From Eledone cirrhosa (taxonomy: Eukaryota), in contig OZ024743.1 of NCBI GenBank assembly GCA_964016885.1, positions 62,806,001-62,870,000 of the forward strand: 64,000 nucleotides of DNA, in the 5' to 3' direction. Below are positions 18,494 through 31,745 of the stretch, piece by piece (within the stretch, counting starts at the first letter, position 1; each line of letters begins with the position of its first letter). Under the pieces are notes generated by a model, which was not told where the DNA came from, searched no databases, and saw nothing but the letters and a program-made list of their open reading frames with translations. Made by a program: the position numbers and the translations under genes.

Positions 18494-21400
18494 TATATTT
18501 TGCTTAACGCCCAAGGCATCAGCCCTTCCACCAATACTCAAAAATGGAAGATCAAATTCCTGGAGGACTGGATTGATGTCCATCCAAACCACATCCCTTT
18601 CTTCGTCCTCACTGAAACCCATCTCAGTAACCTCCACTTGGAAGCCGAGGTGAAAGTGAAAAATTTCAAAGCCATCCGTGCTGATCGCGCTGGCAGAAGA
18701 AAGGGCGGAACTGCCATTTATGTCCATAATTCTTTCTCAACAGAGGCTATGAACATATTCACTAATGGATACTGTGAGGCAGTCACTGTATTCAGTCAAA
18801 CCAACAACCTATTAGTAGTTGGGCTCTATAGGCCACCCCAAACGCCTGTACCATGCTTCAAGGAATGCCTCAACAGCATAAAGTGTTTCATCCAAGAGTG
18901 TCACCCTGACAACATCTTAATGATGGGGGACTTCAACCTCCCCGGAGTTGACTGGTCCACAAACACCCTGCCACCAGGTTCTTCTGCCTCAACCTCTGAC
19001 AGGGAAGCTGTGGAATCGCTTCTTGACTTCATGGATGATTTCTTCCTATCCCAACTAGTGCTCGAACCAACGAGGTGCCACAAAAACGTCCTAGACTTAA
19101 TTTTCAGCAATCACACTGACAATATCCACAATATTGCAGTGGAGAAAACTCTACTCTCTGATCATGACATGGTTCTCTGTGATCTGAGATTCCACCGTCC
19201 AATATACAAACCCAATGTCATCTCTCCTGTCCATCCGTTTGACGCTATGGATTTCCACAATGCAAACTGGGAAGCGATCAGTCATGATCTTGCACATGTC
19301 GACTGGTCCTTCACGCACACTCATACACCCACTAACATCAAAAAGTCCTGGCAGACATTTGTGGACACTGTTACAAACATATGTGCTAAACACACCCCAT
19401 TAAGAACTATAAACAAATCTAAGAGCAGAATCCCTAGAAATAGAAAAACGCTCATCAGAAAAATTAAGAGAACGAACAAAAAAATCAACAAGCTGAAATA
19501 CTGTCAGCAGCAACACATCAACTTGACTGCCATTTCATCACTAGAGATTAAAAAACATAACCTCCAAAACAACATAATGTCCCTCATCAACAATCAGAGA
19601 AGAGCTGAAGAGGCCTGGGCCATTGAGAAGATCAAACTCAATCCCAAAGTGTTCTTTTCATTTGCAAAAAAACACAAAATCACTGGCTCTACTGTTGGCC
19701 CTCTAATTGATGAAAATGGCACTCTTCAAGACAATGCTAAAACCATGGGTGAGATACTGCAGAAACAATACTGCTCTGTTTTCAGCAATCCTGATATGGC
19801 CGATCTGGGCTGTATCGGCGATGTTGCTCCCCATTACACCTTATCGGACATAACGTTTGGCGCCCCTGATGTCTTGGCGGCAATAAAGGAAATCAAGCAT
19901 AATTCAGCAGTAGGTCCCGATAGGTTCCCTGCTTGTGTCTTGAAGGCGTGTCAACACCAACTTGCTTCTCCTCTTGCCAATCTGTGGCGGAACTCACTGG
20001 ATGCTGGATATGTGCCAGAAAACCTTCTATCCCAGTCTGTTGTCCCAGTTTCAAAAAGGGAAACAAATCCCTTGCCGTGAATTACCGTCCAATCTCACTC
20101 ACCTCTCATATCATTAAGGTATTTGAGCGAGTGGTGAGATCGCGAATGACCCACTTCCTTGAGAGTAACAATATGCTGAACTCCAACCAGCATGGATTCC
20201 GTAATGGAAGGGATTGCCTGACGCAACTACTGCATCACTTTGATGACATTTTGAGAGCCTTGGGAGAGGGTTCCAACACTGATGTTATCTACCTTGATTT
20301 CAGCAAGGCCTTTGACAGGGTTGATCATAACATTCTACTGAGAAAGCTGTCCAATATTGGTCACTGGAAAGCTGCTGCAGTGGATCAAGAGCTTCCTGTC
20401 AAACAGAACCCAACATGTTGTAGTTGAGGGAGTCAAATCAAGCCCAGCCAAAGTCAGTAGTGGAGTCCCACAAGGCACTGTGTTGGGCCCACCTCTCTTC
20501 ATCATCTATATTAATGACATCACTGACATCATCAAACACAGCAACATTAAAATTTTCGCTGATGATTCCAAGCTCCAAAAGGTCATCAATGGCGTGGATG
20601 ACCGGATAAGCCTTCAGTCAGACCTACTGGCTGTTACCCAATGGGCAGAAAAGAACAACATGTTACTGAACGAAGACAAATTCGAACTGATCCACTTTGG
20701 AAAAGAGGATGCTCTGAAACTCCCGTACTCCCTTCCCTCCGGGGAAACTCTCGTGGCATCTAACAACATCAGAGACTTGGGAGTAACCGTGGACAGCAAC
20801 ATAAGCTGGACCACGCATATAAGCAGCAAAGTTGACATGGCCCGCAGAATGTGTTCCTGGATCCTCAGAACCTTCCAGTCGAGAGATTCCCGCACCATTA
20901 TCCTTCTCTTCTCTACTTTCGCCCGACCACACCTTGAATACTGTTGTCCACTGTGGTCTCCCCACACGAAACAAAGTATCATGAAACTTGAAGCTCCTCA
21001 AAGGGCAATCACGAAAAAGATAGATGGCATGTCAGACCTTGACTACTGGGGTCGATTGGAAAACCTGAAACTTTACTCACTCCAACGTCGCCGTGAGCGT
21101 TATATTATCTGCATGATGTGGAAAATGTTCCATCATCACTGCCCAAATGATGTTGGCATCGCCTTCAAGATACACCCAAGGCTTGGGCCCCGTGCTATCC
21201 GTCCCATTCAAAAATCTAAATCGCAACTCATAACAACAATACGGCACAATTATTTCACCTCAATCGGCCCTGCTCTCTTCAACATCACACCAGGACACGT
21301 CAAAACAGAAACTGACCACACAAAATTCAAGAAGTCTTTGGACAAATTCCTCCAAGTAATCCCGGACAAACCACCCACACCCGGATATGTCTCCGCAAAC

Positions 21401-21530
21401 AGTAATTCTCTTCTCGAATGGGCCATGGTGCCCAAATCCTGAATTGAAAGACTTCGCCAGGTGGTGCTATTAAGTTAGACATGGCCTGGGCCAATACTGG
21501 TCAAAACATTTCAAAGTTATTCAAAGTTAT
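18494..21530 (+). mobile_element. 5'-truncated CR1-group LINE (ORF2 only), pseudogenised by two frameshifts
   Basis: APE ([31 protein letters not shown]) and RT (YLDFSKAFD, SGVPQGTVLGP, FADD, RDLGV); ORF ends at 21442. Frameshifts at ~20050 and ~20357. Tandem tail ttcaaagtta x2 at 21510-21529. Confidence 0.92.
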
Positions 21531-21876
21531 TTATATATACATATATATATATATATACATATACATACATATATATATATATATACATATACATACATAT
21601 ATATATATACATATACATATATATATACATATATATATATACATATATACATATATATATCTATATATATATATACATATATATATATACATACATATAT
21701 ATATATACATACATATATATATATACATACATATATATATATACATACATACATATATATATATACATACATATAGTAATAATAATAAATTTAAAGACTA
21801 AAATCCAATGAGGGCTCGATAAGGATAAATATATATCAAATATATAAGAACCGTAGAGCAAATATATATATGTATG

Positions 21877-21923
<47 letters not shown>

Positions 21924-21935
21924 GTATGTATATAC
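21531..21935. repeat. two TA-rich microsatellites separated by ~85 bp of unique sequence
   Basis: Direct inspection; the first array is C-interrupted and the second G-interrupted. Confidence 0.9.
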
Positions 21936-24589
21936 GATGCTGGGTTTAAAATCACATCTGATCTCAACATCCTGGACCGGACCGAACCTCTGGACTCTAT
22001 TTCTCCCCACTTTACCCTGAAGGATTACAAATCCAATTTTCCGAACAACCCCTCTATTCGGCTTATTAACCCTACGAAGCCGATTTAGGTAGACTTAGTA
22101 AAAGGATTCTTGATAGAATTATACCTGAAATTAGAAGTTTGGCCCCTCTTGCACTGTGGAACAATTCTTTCACGGTGATTGATTGGTTCAACGGCATATG
22201 TAACAAGGAACATTGCCGCTTTATCCAATTCGATATCAACAATTACTACTCCTCCATCACTTTACCACTTCTCCTTAGAGCTATCAATTTCGCTAAAACA
22301 CTCACAGTGGTTAAGGATTTCGAAGTTGATGTCATCCTCAATGCCCGAAAGTCGGTGATTATTTTCGACGACTCTATTTGGATTAAAAAATCCAATAGTA
22401 CCCCATTCGACGTGAGTATGGGCGCCAGTGATTCTGCGGAGGTTACTGATCTTATCGGCCTTTTCCTTCTTTTCTCAATCAAGGACGAATTCCCCAACGC
22501 AGGCGGTAGTTTGTACCGTGACGATGCTCTTTTGACCATGACTAAGCACGGACCTCGTGCTTGTGACAGGTTCAGAAAAGAACTCACAGCCTTCTTTAAA
22601 GGCTTCAACCTCTCTATACAGGTTGAGGCCAATCTCTCGGTCGTTAATTACCTCGACGTTACCCTCAATTTATTGAATCGGTTGTATTACCCGTATAGAA
22701 AGCCGAATGATACGCTTAATTACATAAGTAAGCATTCCAACCATCCTGCCAGCATAACCAAGAACCTGGTAAGAAACGTTTCGTTGAGGCTTTCCCGTCT
22801 TTCCACTAACGAGCGTATCTTCAACGACCATTCCACTTATTACAATGAAGCTCTTGCTCGAAGTGGATTTGTCGATAAAGTAGCATATACAGAGTACGAA
22901 AATAGACCTAGAAGAAATAGATCCCGTCGCATTTGTTGGTATAACCCACCATATAAGAGCTTTCTTTCCCTTATTACGTAGCATTTTCCCCCTACACATA
23001 AATATAGTAAAATTTTTAATAGAAATACTATTAAAATTTCTTACTCTACGACTCCTAACCTTGCACATAACATCACAGCTTCAAATTTAGCTAAACTACC
23101 TAGCCGTAGGAACACGTGCAACCCTGTAGTTAGTACTAACTGTAATTGTAGGAATCGGGTTGATTGCCCCCTATCCGGGAAATGCCTCTCTAGTAACATT
23201 GTCTACAAATGTAAGGTTGTAACACCCACGTCCCGTAGGGCCTACATAGGGTTAACCGCCAATAGATTCAAGCAGCGTCTTTACATGCATACCCATTCTT
23301 TTCGTTACCCTCTAAGAAGGAATATGACGTCACTTTCAGCTTATATCTGGAGTCTAAAAGACAACCACACCCAATATAAGTTACACTGGGAGATCCTAGC
23401 TAGGGCTAGATCGTATAACGGAAATAAAAGACCATGTGACCTCTGCGCCGCTGAGGCCCTGGAAATACTCTACGCCACAGACCACATCTTAAACAAAAAA
23501 TCTGAGGCAATTTCGGCTTGTAAAAATAAATTGCACAAAACTTTCCTGTATTACAGCCCCATGTTATACCCTAACGGATAGTACGATCTATACGTGGATA
23601 TTTTACGTCTTGATGTGGGAGCTAAGTATATGTTTTGTTTATACCATTACTTATTTGCATAGGTAAGTACTTATTACCTGTATGTTTTGTGAAGGTACGT
23701 ATACCTTCTCGTACGTATATTTGATTGTTTATGTTATGGCGTATAATTTTATATATTCTGGTACATATTGTTTGGCTATGTGTATACGGGAGTTATGCGT
23801 CTGTGTGGGTATGCAGGTTCGTACGTATGTAGGGTGTGTGTATTTGTGTACTTCATGTTTTGGTTGACTTACGTCTCCGAACATTCGTGTATTTACATGT
23901 AGGTTTGTGTGTGCGCTTGTTATATACGTATTTATTTATTTATATACGTTTATATAATTATTTATTTATTTGTATACACGCATACACACACACACATATT
24001 TATATGTGCGTGGTTTTGTATACCTATGGTAAGTGTTTTGCGTATGCTTGTGTATGTACGTATTTGTTTGCGTGTATGTATTTATTTATTTCTATTACTT
24101 CTGTATTGTATTTATTTACTTTGTTCTTTACCCTGAAGCGGAGATTCATTCGGTCTCCTAGTTAAAATTTTAGTCTACGACTTATGCTATACCATTTACG
24201 TGGTTTTGTCTTTGCGTGCTATTGTTCTCCACGCTCCACATATGACGTATTATCTTCGTTTTTATCGTTCATCGCCAGAGAACGTCTCTATGAACCACCT
24301 AAGAGAACATTAGTCTACGACTTCTTTTATACCATAAACGTGGTTCTGTCTTTGCGCGTAATTGTTTTTCACCGCTCCTATTAATGACGTATTATATTCG
24401 TTTTTTCCCGTTCTTTGCCAGCGAACGCTTCCACGAACCAAAGTATCGTCTTCCTGTCTTCCTCCGGTTGCAAAGTTTTGTGATATATCCAGTTCTGCGT
24501 TTACAGATTGACTTTGTTAGTTTCAGAAGATCCCGTTAAGGGTGAAAGCAGCGATTCTTTGCTTAAACTTTAATCTGTTATTTTAATAA

Positions 24590-24590
<1 letters not shown>
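21936..24590 (+). mobile_element. 5'-truncated Penelope-like element, Naiad-type (RT + GIY-YIG), decayed
   Basis: TLKDYKSNFPNNPSIRLINP, FDINNYYSSI, FDVSMGASDSAE, LYRDD, WYNPPY, CNCRNRVDCPLSGKC linker, IVYK..YIGLT, CDLC..E..LNKKSE; stop at 23581. Frameshift at ~22080 and in-frame TAG at 22979. 1-kb 3' UTR ends in a hammerhead-like motif and AATAAA (24585-24590). Confidence 0.92.
24503..24578 (+). ncRNA. type I hammerhead ribozyme-like motif (variant core)
   Basis: Stem I agttt/aaact (24519-23/24565-69) with distal acagattga/ttaatctgt. Core CAGAAGA (24524-30), stem II ccc/ggg, GAAA (24544-47), stem III gca/tgc, then UU at the cleavage position. Confidence 0.7.
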
Positions 24591-24686
<96 letters not shown>

Positions 24687-24689
24687 TAT

Positions 24690-27600
24690 TGTGGGTAAAA
24701 AACGTTGCTATAAGCTTTTCTGGGTGGGGAATGACAATGGGATAGGTGGGGTAGGAATCATGTTAGCAGAAAAATGGGTGGATAAGATAATAGATGTAAA
24801 TAGAGTGAATGACAGAATAATTAAAATAAGACTTGTTCTAAACAGAACTACTGTGACAGTAATATCTGCATACGCGCCCCAATCCGGACTGCCTGGCGCT
24901 ATAAAAGACAGATTCTATGAGACACTGATGCTCACTACCTCCCAAATAACCGACAGTGACTATATAATTATTGCTGGCGACCTAAATGGTCACGTTGGAC
25001 AACATTGTGACGGCTATGACGGAATCCACGGAGGCTATGGGTTTGGTACTAGAAACGAGGAAGGCTCCAGAATCCTGGAATTCTGTGATGCAAACAACCT
25101 AACTATCTGTAACACAAACTTTGTTTGTTATATTTTTCTTACTCGATTTTTATGTTAACTCCCCCCACCCATGTACATGTCCCTTTCTTTTGTGCCCTAG
25201 TGGCAAATAAACAGAAATCTATCTGTAACTCAAACTTCAAAAAACGAGACAATCACTTGATCACCTACAGATCAGGAGAACATACCAGCCAGGTAAATTA
25301 TATCCTTACCAGAAGACGTGACAGAGTGTCTGTTGTAAACACTAAATCCCTCCCCCATGAAGAATGCACCTCCCAACATAGAGTGATAATTAGCGACCTC
25401 ATAGTCAGGACGAGACGTACTAGACAGCAGAAGAGGACTATCCTCAGGAGAAAAATATGGAAGCTAAAGGATCCCACAGCCAGAAATAAATTTAAAAGCA
25501 TATTACTTGATGCTTTCGACAGTAAGGAAGAGCAATTAGAGTCGTACAAGGTAGAGGAACAGTGGGAATTCCTGAAAGCAAACCTGCTGATGGCGGCAGG
25601 AGGAGAGTAACATGGTGGTGGAACAGTAAGGTGGAGGGGTCAATCAAGGCCAAAAAGCAGGCTTGGAAAGCATGGCGGGATGGGGGAAGTAGAGAAGACT
25701 ATCAAGTGGCCAGGAGGGAAGCTAGGAGACAAGTGTACTTCGCAAGAAGGGAAGCAGAGGAAAGAAAGTTCAAGCATGTTCTACAACGCGAGGACCAAAA
25801 ACGTGAGGTGTTCAGGATTGCTAGGCAATGTGTCAAGGAAAACCATGATATTGTCGGGGAGAAGTGTGTACTTAACGATGATGGCATACTTGCCATCACT
25901 GACGCTGATAAGAAGGTAGCTTGGAAGTGTCACTACGAAAGGCTACTAAATGAGGAAAATAAATGGGAGAAAGACAGTCTCCCCCACATCGACCCAATAT
26001 AGGGACCAGCAGTGTTAGTCGAAGGTAGTATAATAAGTAAGGCAATCAAAGATATGAAGACGGGTAAGGCGGCTGGGCCTTCGGAAATAGTTGCTGAGAT
26101 GCTGAAGCCTCTGGTACGGTGGGACACACCATGGTCACCCGGATAGTAAACCAAGTCATACAGAATGGGGTTGTTCCGAAGGACTGGTGTAGCAGCATCA
26201 TCGTTAACTGTTACAAGGGTAAAGGAGACGCCCTAGATAGGAGTAACTATAGAGGCATTAAATTAATCGACCAGGTCATGAAGGTCACGGAAAAAGTAAT
26301 AGCGCAACTAGTCAGAGAGAGAATTGATCTAGATGAAATGCAGTTCGGGTTTGTGTCAGGCAAAAGTACCACAGACGCTCTTTTCATTGTACGACAACTA
26401 CAGGAGAAGTACCTAGCTAAAAATAAACAAATATACTTAGCTTTTGTCGACTTGGAGAAAGCCTTCGACAGAGTCCCCCGTTCCATTATCTGGTAGGCTC
26501 TTAGAAAACTAGGTGTTGACGAATGGCTTGTGAGAGCTATACAAGCCATGTATAAAGAAACAGTCAGCAAGGTTAGAATTAACAACGAATATAGTGAAGA
26601 GTTTAGCGTAAAAGTTGGTGTCCATCAGGGCTCTGTTCTTAGCCCCCTACTATTTATGATTGCCCTTCAGGCTATAACAGAGGAGTTCAAGACCGGCTGC
26701 CCATGGGAACTCCTATACGCAGATAATCTAATGCTCATAGCTGAATCAATGGCCGAGCTAAAGAAATTCCAAACATGGAAGCACGGCCTAGAATCAAAAG
26801 GCCTTGAAATTAACCTGGCTAAGACTAAAGTTCTAGTTTGTAGGAAAGAAAATAAGGCGCCGGTCCCTTCCGGGAAATGGCCATGCTCAGTGTGTAGGAA
26901 AGGCGTAGGTAGAAACTCCATTTTATGTCCCAAATGCAAAGTATGGGTGCATAAAAGATGTAGTGGGATCACAGGTAAGCTAACTAAGAACACAGATTTT
27001 ACATGTGGCCGGTGCTCTGGTGCAATAAGTAGCAGCAAGTGCCCACAAATACTAGCTCTTTCAATTGCGCAGAGGGTTCTATAGAAATAGTGGACAGCTT
27101 CCGTTACCTGGGTGACAAAATCAGCAGTGGGGGAGGATGCTCTGAAAGTACAGTAGCTAGAGTTAGAACTGGATGGAAAAAGTTCAGAGAGCTTATACCA
27201 CTATTAGCCGCTAAAGGGTTCTCCCTAAAAATGAAAGGCAGGTTGTATGATGCCTGCATACGAACAGCAATGTTGCATGGCAGTGAGACTTGGGCATTGT
27301 GTGCAGAGGATATACGCAGACTAGAGAGGAACGAAGCTTGCATGCTCCGCTGGATGTGTAATAGTAATATACGTGAACGGCAAAGCATAAACGAACTAAG
27401 GAAAAAATTAGAAATAAGAGGGATCAGATGTTGTTTACTCGAGAGAAGGCTACGTTGGTATGGTCACGTGATGCGCATGAAAGACGACAGCTGTATAACA
27501 AAGTGCAGGGCAATAAAGATAGATGGTAGCCACGGAGTAGGCAGACCCAGAAAAACCTGGGACGAACTGATAAATTCCGACCTCACACACTTACACCTCT

Positions 27601-28164
27601 CCAAGACAATGTCACTGGACCGAGATCTTTGGCGGTAGTCAGTAACAGAGAAGACCCGCCTCACCTAAATACAAAGTAAAACCTACTACAGTCAGTAGGC
27701 ATCTCTAACAAAATACACCCCCGTCCCACCACCCCCACCCCATCCACACCGCCCCTTTCAATGTAAAGTTATGTTGGTGCCACAACATCCAGGCCGAAAC
27801 AAATGAGATCGTGTAGGTGTCACGACAAAAAACACACAGTCCACGCTGTAATGTGGCCGTGTAGGCAACACGGTAAAAACCTCCCAGTTCCACACTGTAA
27901 ATGTGGTTGGTGTTAGGAAGGACATCCAGCTGTAGAAAACACGCCAGACAGTCCACGCTGTAATGTGGCCGTGTAGGCAACACGGTAAAAACCTCCCAGC
28001 CCCATACTGTAAATGTGGTTGGTGTTAGGAAGGGCATCCAGCTGTAGAAAACCCGCCAGACAGTCCTATGCGAGCAAGACAACCACTCTTGCCTCAAGTG
28101 GGAAAACTCCCGTCCAAACCCATGCAAGCGTGGAACATGGACGTTAAACGATGATGATGATGAT
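24690..28164 (+). mobile_element. RTE family 1, copy 2; 5'-truncated and decayed
   Basis: Collinear and highly similar to ~6163-9421, with several frameshifts and stops. (GAT)n tail. Both flanks are TA arrays sharing atacatatatat, a possible TSD. Confidence 0.95.
25122..25218 (+). mobile_element. 97-bp nested insertion, probably the extreme 3' end of another retroelement
   Basis: Absent from copy 1. Flanked by a 19-bp duplication ctatctgtaac(a/t)caaactt at 25103-25121 and 25219-25237; AATAAA near its end. Confidence 0.8.
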
Positions 28165-28560
<396 letters not shown>

Positions 28561-28562
28561 AT

Positions 28563-28916
28563 GGAGGCACATGGCTTAGTGGTTAGAGCATTGGCCTTGC
28601 AATCAAAAGGTTGTGAGTTCAATTCTCAGACCGGGTGATGTGTTGTTTCCTTGAGCAAGACACTTTATTTCACATTGCTCCAGTATACTCAGCTGTAGAA
28701 ATGAGATGATAGGGACTGGGGTCCATATCATACCACTGCAAAGTGGTCGTGGAGGTGCCACGGCAAAAAAGCACCCAGCACTCACTGTTAATGAGGTTGG
28801 TGTTAGGAAGGGCATCCAGCTGTAGAAATCAAGCCAGCATCAGTTCCCGTCCCACCCTTGCAAGCAGGGAAAAAGCGGACGTAAAATGAAATGATGATGA
28901 TGATGATGATGATGAT
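28563..28916 (+). mobile_element. tRNA-derived SINE with CORE-like centre and RTE-derived 3' half
   Basis: A box tggcttagtgg (28572-82), B box gagttcaattc (28615-25), ccttgagcaagacacttt motif. The 3' end matches the RTE family 2 end (38101-38134); (GAT)n tail. Confidence 0.85.
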
Positions 28917-28944
28917 ATATATACATACATATACATATATATAA

Positions 28945-29376
28945 TTGAGAGAGAGACTTAACATAAGAGGAATCAAATAGAGTGTGCAGAGTGGGGAGAC
29001 CCAAGAATACCTGAGATGAGGTGATAAAAGCCGACCTTACCCCATTGCACCGCTCAAAGGCGATGACACACGACCGTGACCTCTGGCGTCACGCAGTAAT
29101 ACAGAAGACCCGACTTCCCACGGGTACAAGCCGAAGCTGAAGCATATAGAGAATATGCCCCCACTCCCACCCACTACAAAGTGGTCGTGGCTGTGCGACG
29201 GAAAAACCCAGCACTCACTGTAAATGAGGTTGGTGTTAGGAAGGGCATCCAGGTGTAGAAATCAAGCCAGAATCAGTTCCCGTATGAGCAAGACAAGGTC
29301 AGCCTACAGCAGGACAGCCCATCTAACACATGCTAGCTTGGAAGAACGGATGTAAAACAATGATGATGATGATGAT
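28945..29376 (+). mobile_element. 3' fragment of a related RTE LINE with internal deletion
   Basis: Degenerate LNIRGI and GRPKNT..ADL..DRDLWRHAVIQKTR, shared 3' UTR block, (GAT)n tail. Confidence 0.8.
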
Positions 29377-29596
29377 ATACATACATGTACGAATATAGAT
29401 ATAGATATATTGACATGCATATATGCATGTCAATATGTATATGCATGTCAATATGTATATACATATTGACATGCATATACATATATACATGTATCTATAC
29501 ATACATATGCATATATACATATATATATATATACATATGCATATATATACATATATATATATACATATATACATATCTATAGATACCCATATATAT

Positions 29597-30553
29597 ACTA
29601 GACATGAAAAATGCACAAGCTCAAAAGTGCCACAGAATGTTATAATAAACCTTCAAAAGTGTGGGACTAGAGTTGTTGCTAAAAAATATTGTAATCATTA
29701 TATATCGTACATTCTGTGGCATCCTTTATAAAAATAGCTTAAACCAACGAAGCCTTTATTTTTACGCTATTTCACTTAGTTAATTCTTAGAGTGTAACAT
29801 ATAAAAATATGATTTACAACTATAAAATAAATTAATTAATATAATAACAGAGCTGCGGAGCTGAAATTTAGGAAATAATGGAGTATCGGATCCTGCGTTG
29901 GAGCCAGTCAATTTTTGGCCGACTCCGCAGCCCTGTATAATACATTTCATATTAAAGTTATTAATAAACCTATTTTACACTGCATGCAAATTACCATGAG
30001 ATATTGATATTAGATATAAAATACAGCGCAATATCTACAGCTGTAAAAGTACGAAAGCGAAGTAATAATAAGTGGCTTAAGGTAATTCCAATATGAAAGT
30101 TTGTAGTGATAAAAATTTGATAATGCAATACGATTGTTAATATTATAGTTCTATGAAAATGTAACAATAGATAACTAAATTATTTTACTATTAGTATATT
30201 TAAGAAATTATCATTATAGATTTGATCGTTCATATAAGCATCATATTAATTTTCAACACAATTATTTTGTTACTATGAGTATATGATAATAATATTACGT
30301 AATTATTTATAGCTGTTATTACATTAAACATAGATGTATTTATTTTTATATGTTACACTCTAAGAATTAACTAAGTGAAATAGCGTAAAAATAAAGGCTT
30401 CGTTGGTTTAAGCTATTTTTATAAAGGATGCCACAGAATGTACGATATATAATGATTACAATATTTTTTAGCAACAACTCTAGTCCCACACTTTTGAAGG
30501 TTTATTATAACATTCTGTGGCACTTTTGAGCTTGCGCATTTTTCATGTCTAGT
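29597..30553. mobile_element. foldback / non-autonomous DNA transposon with 213-bp inverted arms
   Basis: 29597-29809 is the reverse complement of 30341-30553 with one mismatch seen. Termini ACTAG...CTAGT; non-coding 531-bp spacer. Confidence 0.85.
29848..29935. mobile_element. 88-bp hAT-like MITE nested in the foldback spacer
   Basis: Ends cagagctgcggag / ctccgcagccctg; 8-bp flanks tataataa / tataatac (7 of 8 match). Confidence 0.65.
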
Positions 30554-31112
30554 TTAATATTTTTTTAAGGCAACGCTTGTAATAACTCTAGTTAAACAGG
30601 ATATATATTAATAATAAATTATCGTTGTAATGTAATTAGATTATGTAATTGTTATTATAAATTATCTTATAAATATTAGTGTAAGATGTATAAAAATATT
30701 TTCAGACTTTTAATATAAACAACTACAAAAAAACAATCAATATTAAATCAATATATTATACATAATAGAAAACATAAAATAAACAATACAAAAACAAAAT
30801 ATTTACATACAATTGCAATTATCAGTGTATATACATTTTCTTTATATTCCCTGAGCAAATTAATAAGATTTGTTTTTATTGTACATAATTTGATGACTTG
30901 TTGGAGTGTATTAAAAGATAGCAACAATTTGTGATTAAATTGTTATCTTAAGCAACTCACTTTTTAATAGTTGTTGGCTGAGCGAAATTGTAAAAGCCTA
31001 TGAGCAAATATAAAAAAAAATACACAAACAACATTTCCTTGTGTTATTACAACATTAGATAAAATAATTGAGCAATGTCATTATATTTTGCTCTTATTGC
31101 ACATTAATAGTG

Positions 31113-31277
31113 TTTCTATTTTTCGGCACAAATCCATTACGGCAGTCCATTACTGGTACTTTATTTTATCGAATTAGTAAGTATGAAAGTCGAAGTTAAC
31201 CTCGGCAGGATTTGAACTTAGAATGCAAAGGACCATAACAATACTGCAAAGCATGGTGTCTGACGCTCTACCAATAC
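31113..31277 (-). mobile_element. degenerate tRNA-derived SINE (Meta-domain-like family)
   Basis: Similar to the copies at 32585 and 48748 (tactggtactttattttatcga...aacctcggcaggatttgaact). Confidence 0.75.
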
Positions 31278-31745
31278 TTGTGTTGAGCTGGTCATTAATT
31301 TATGGTGGTCGTGCGTGGAGTAGAGCAATCGCTAGTTGAAATATTATGAACAAAACATTTTTATTTGCCGAAGAACATATTTTCAATACTGTTTGTGAAT
31401 GTGACGAAGGAAATACATTCTGATATGGAACAGTGTACAAAGTGTGTCTGTGAATAACATAATGTTACCTCATGTTGTTGTCAAGACATAATGGATTTCG
31501 TATATCCAGTTAGAAGATGAAACCTAGCCATCTCGGATTAGTTATATTTCATGCCATGTGTAAACGTGTTTGAGGATAGCAAAATATGCGTGTTTCTTGT
31601 CTGGAAACTTTCTGCTAAACTGATTGGTTTCGTTTTTGGCACTATACAATACTCATCCAACAGATAGCTGTATTGGATCCTTGATTGGTTAATATTTAGG
31701 TGAGGGTGCTTGATGCAGAGTTAGTGCAAAATGGATCAATGAGTG

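Noticed and set aside
21936-24440. Selenoprotein-type Naiad element
   Set aside because: Some Naiads use UGA-Sec, but here the CxC-x5-C and CxxC cysteines are TGT/TGC, the internal stop is TAG, and the atgacg motifs in the UTR lack SECIS geometry.
28563-28635. tRNA gene
   Set aside because: A and B boxes are present, but the sequence continues into SINE body and tail with no proper acceptor stem.
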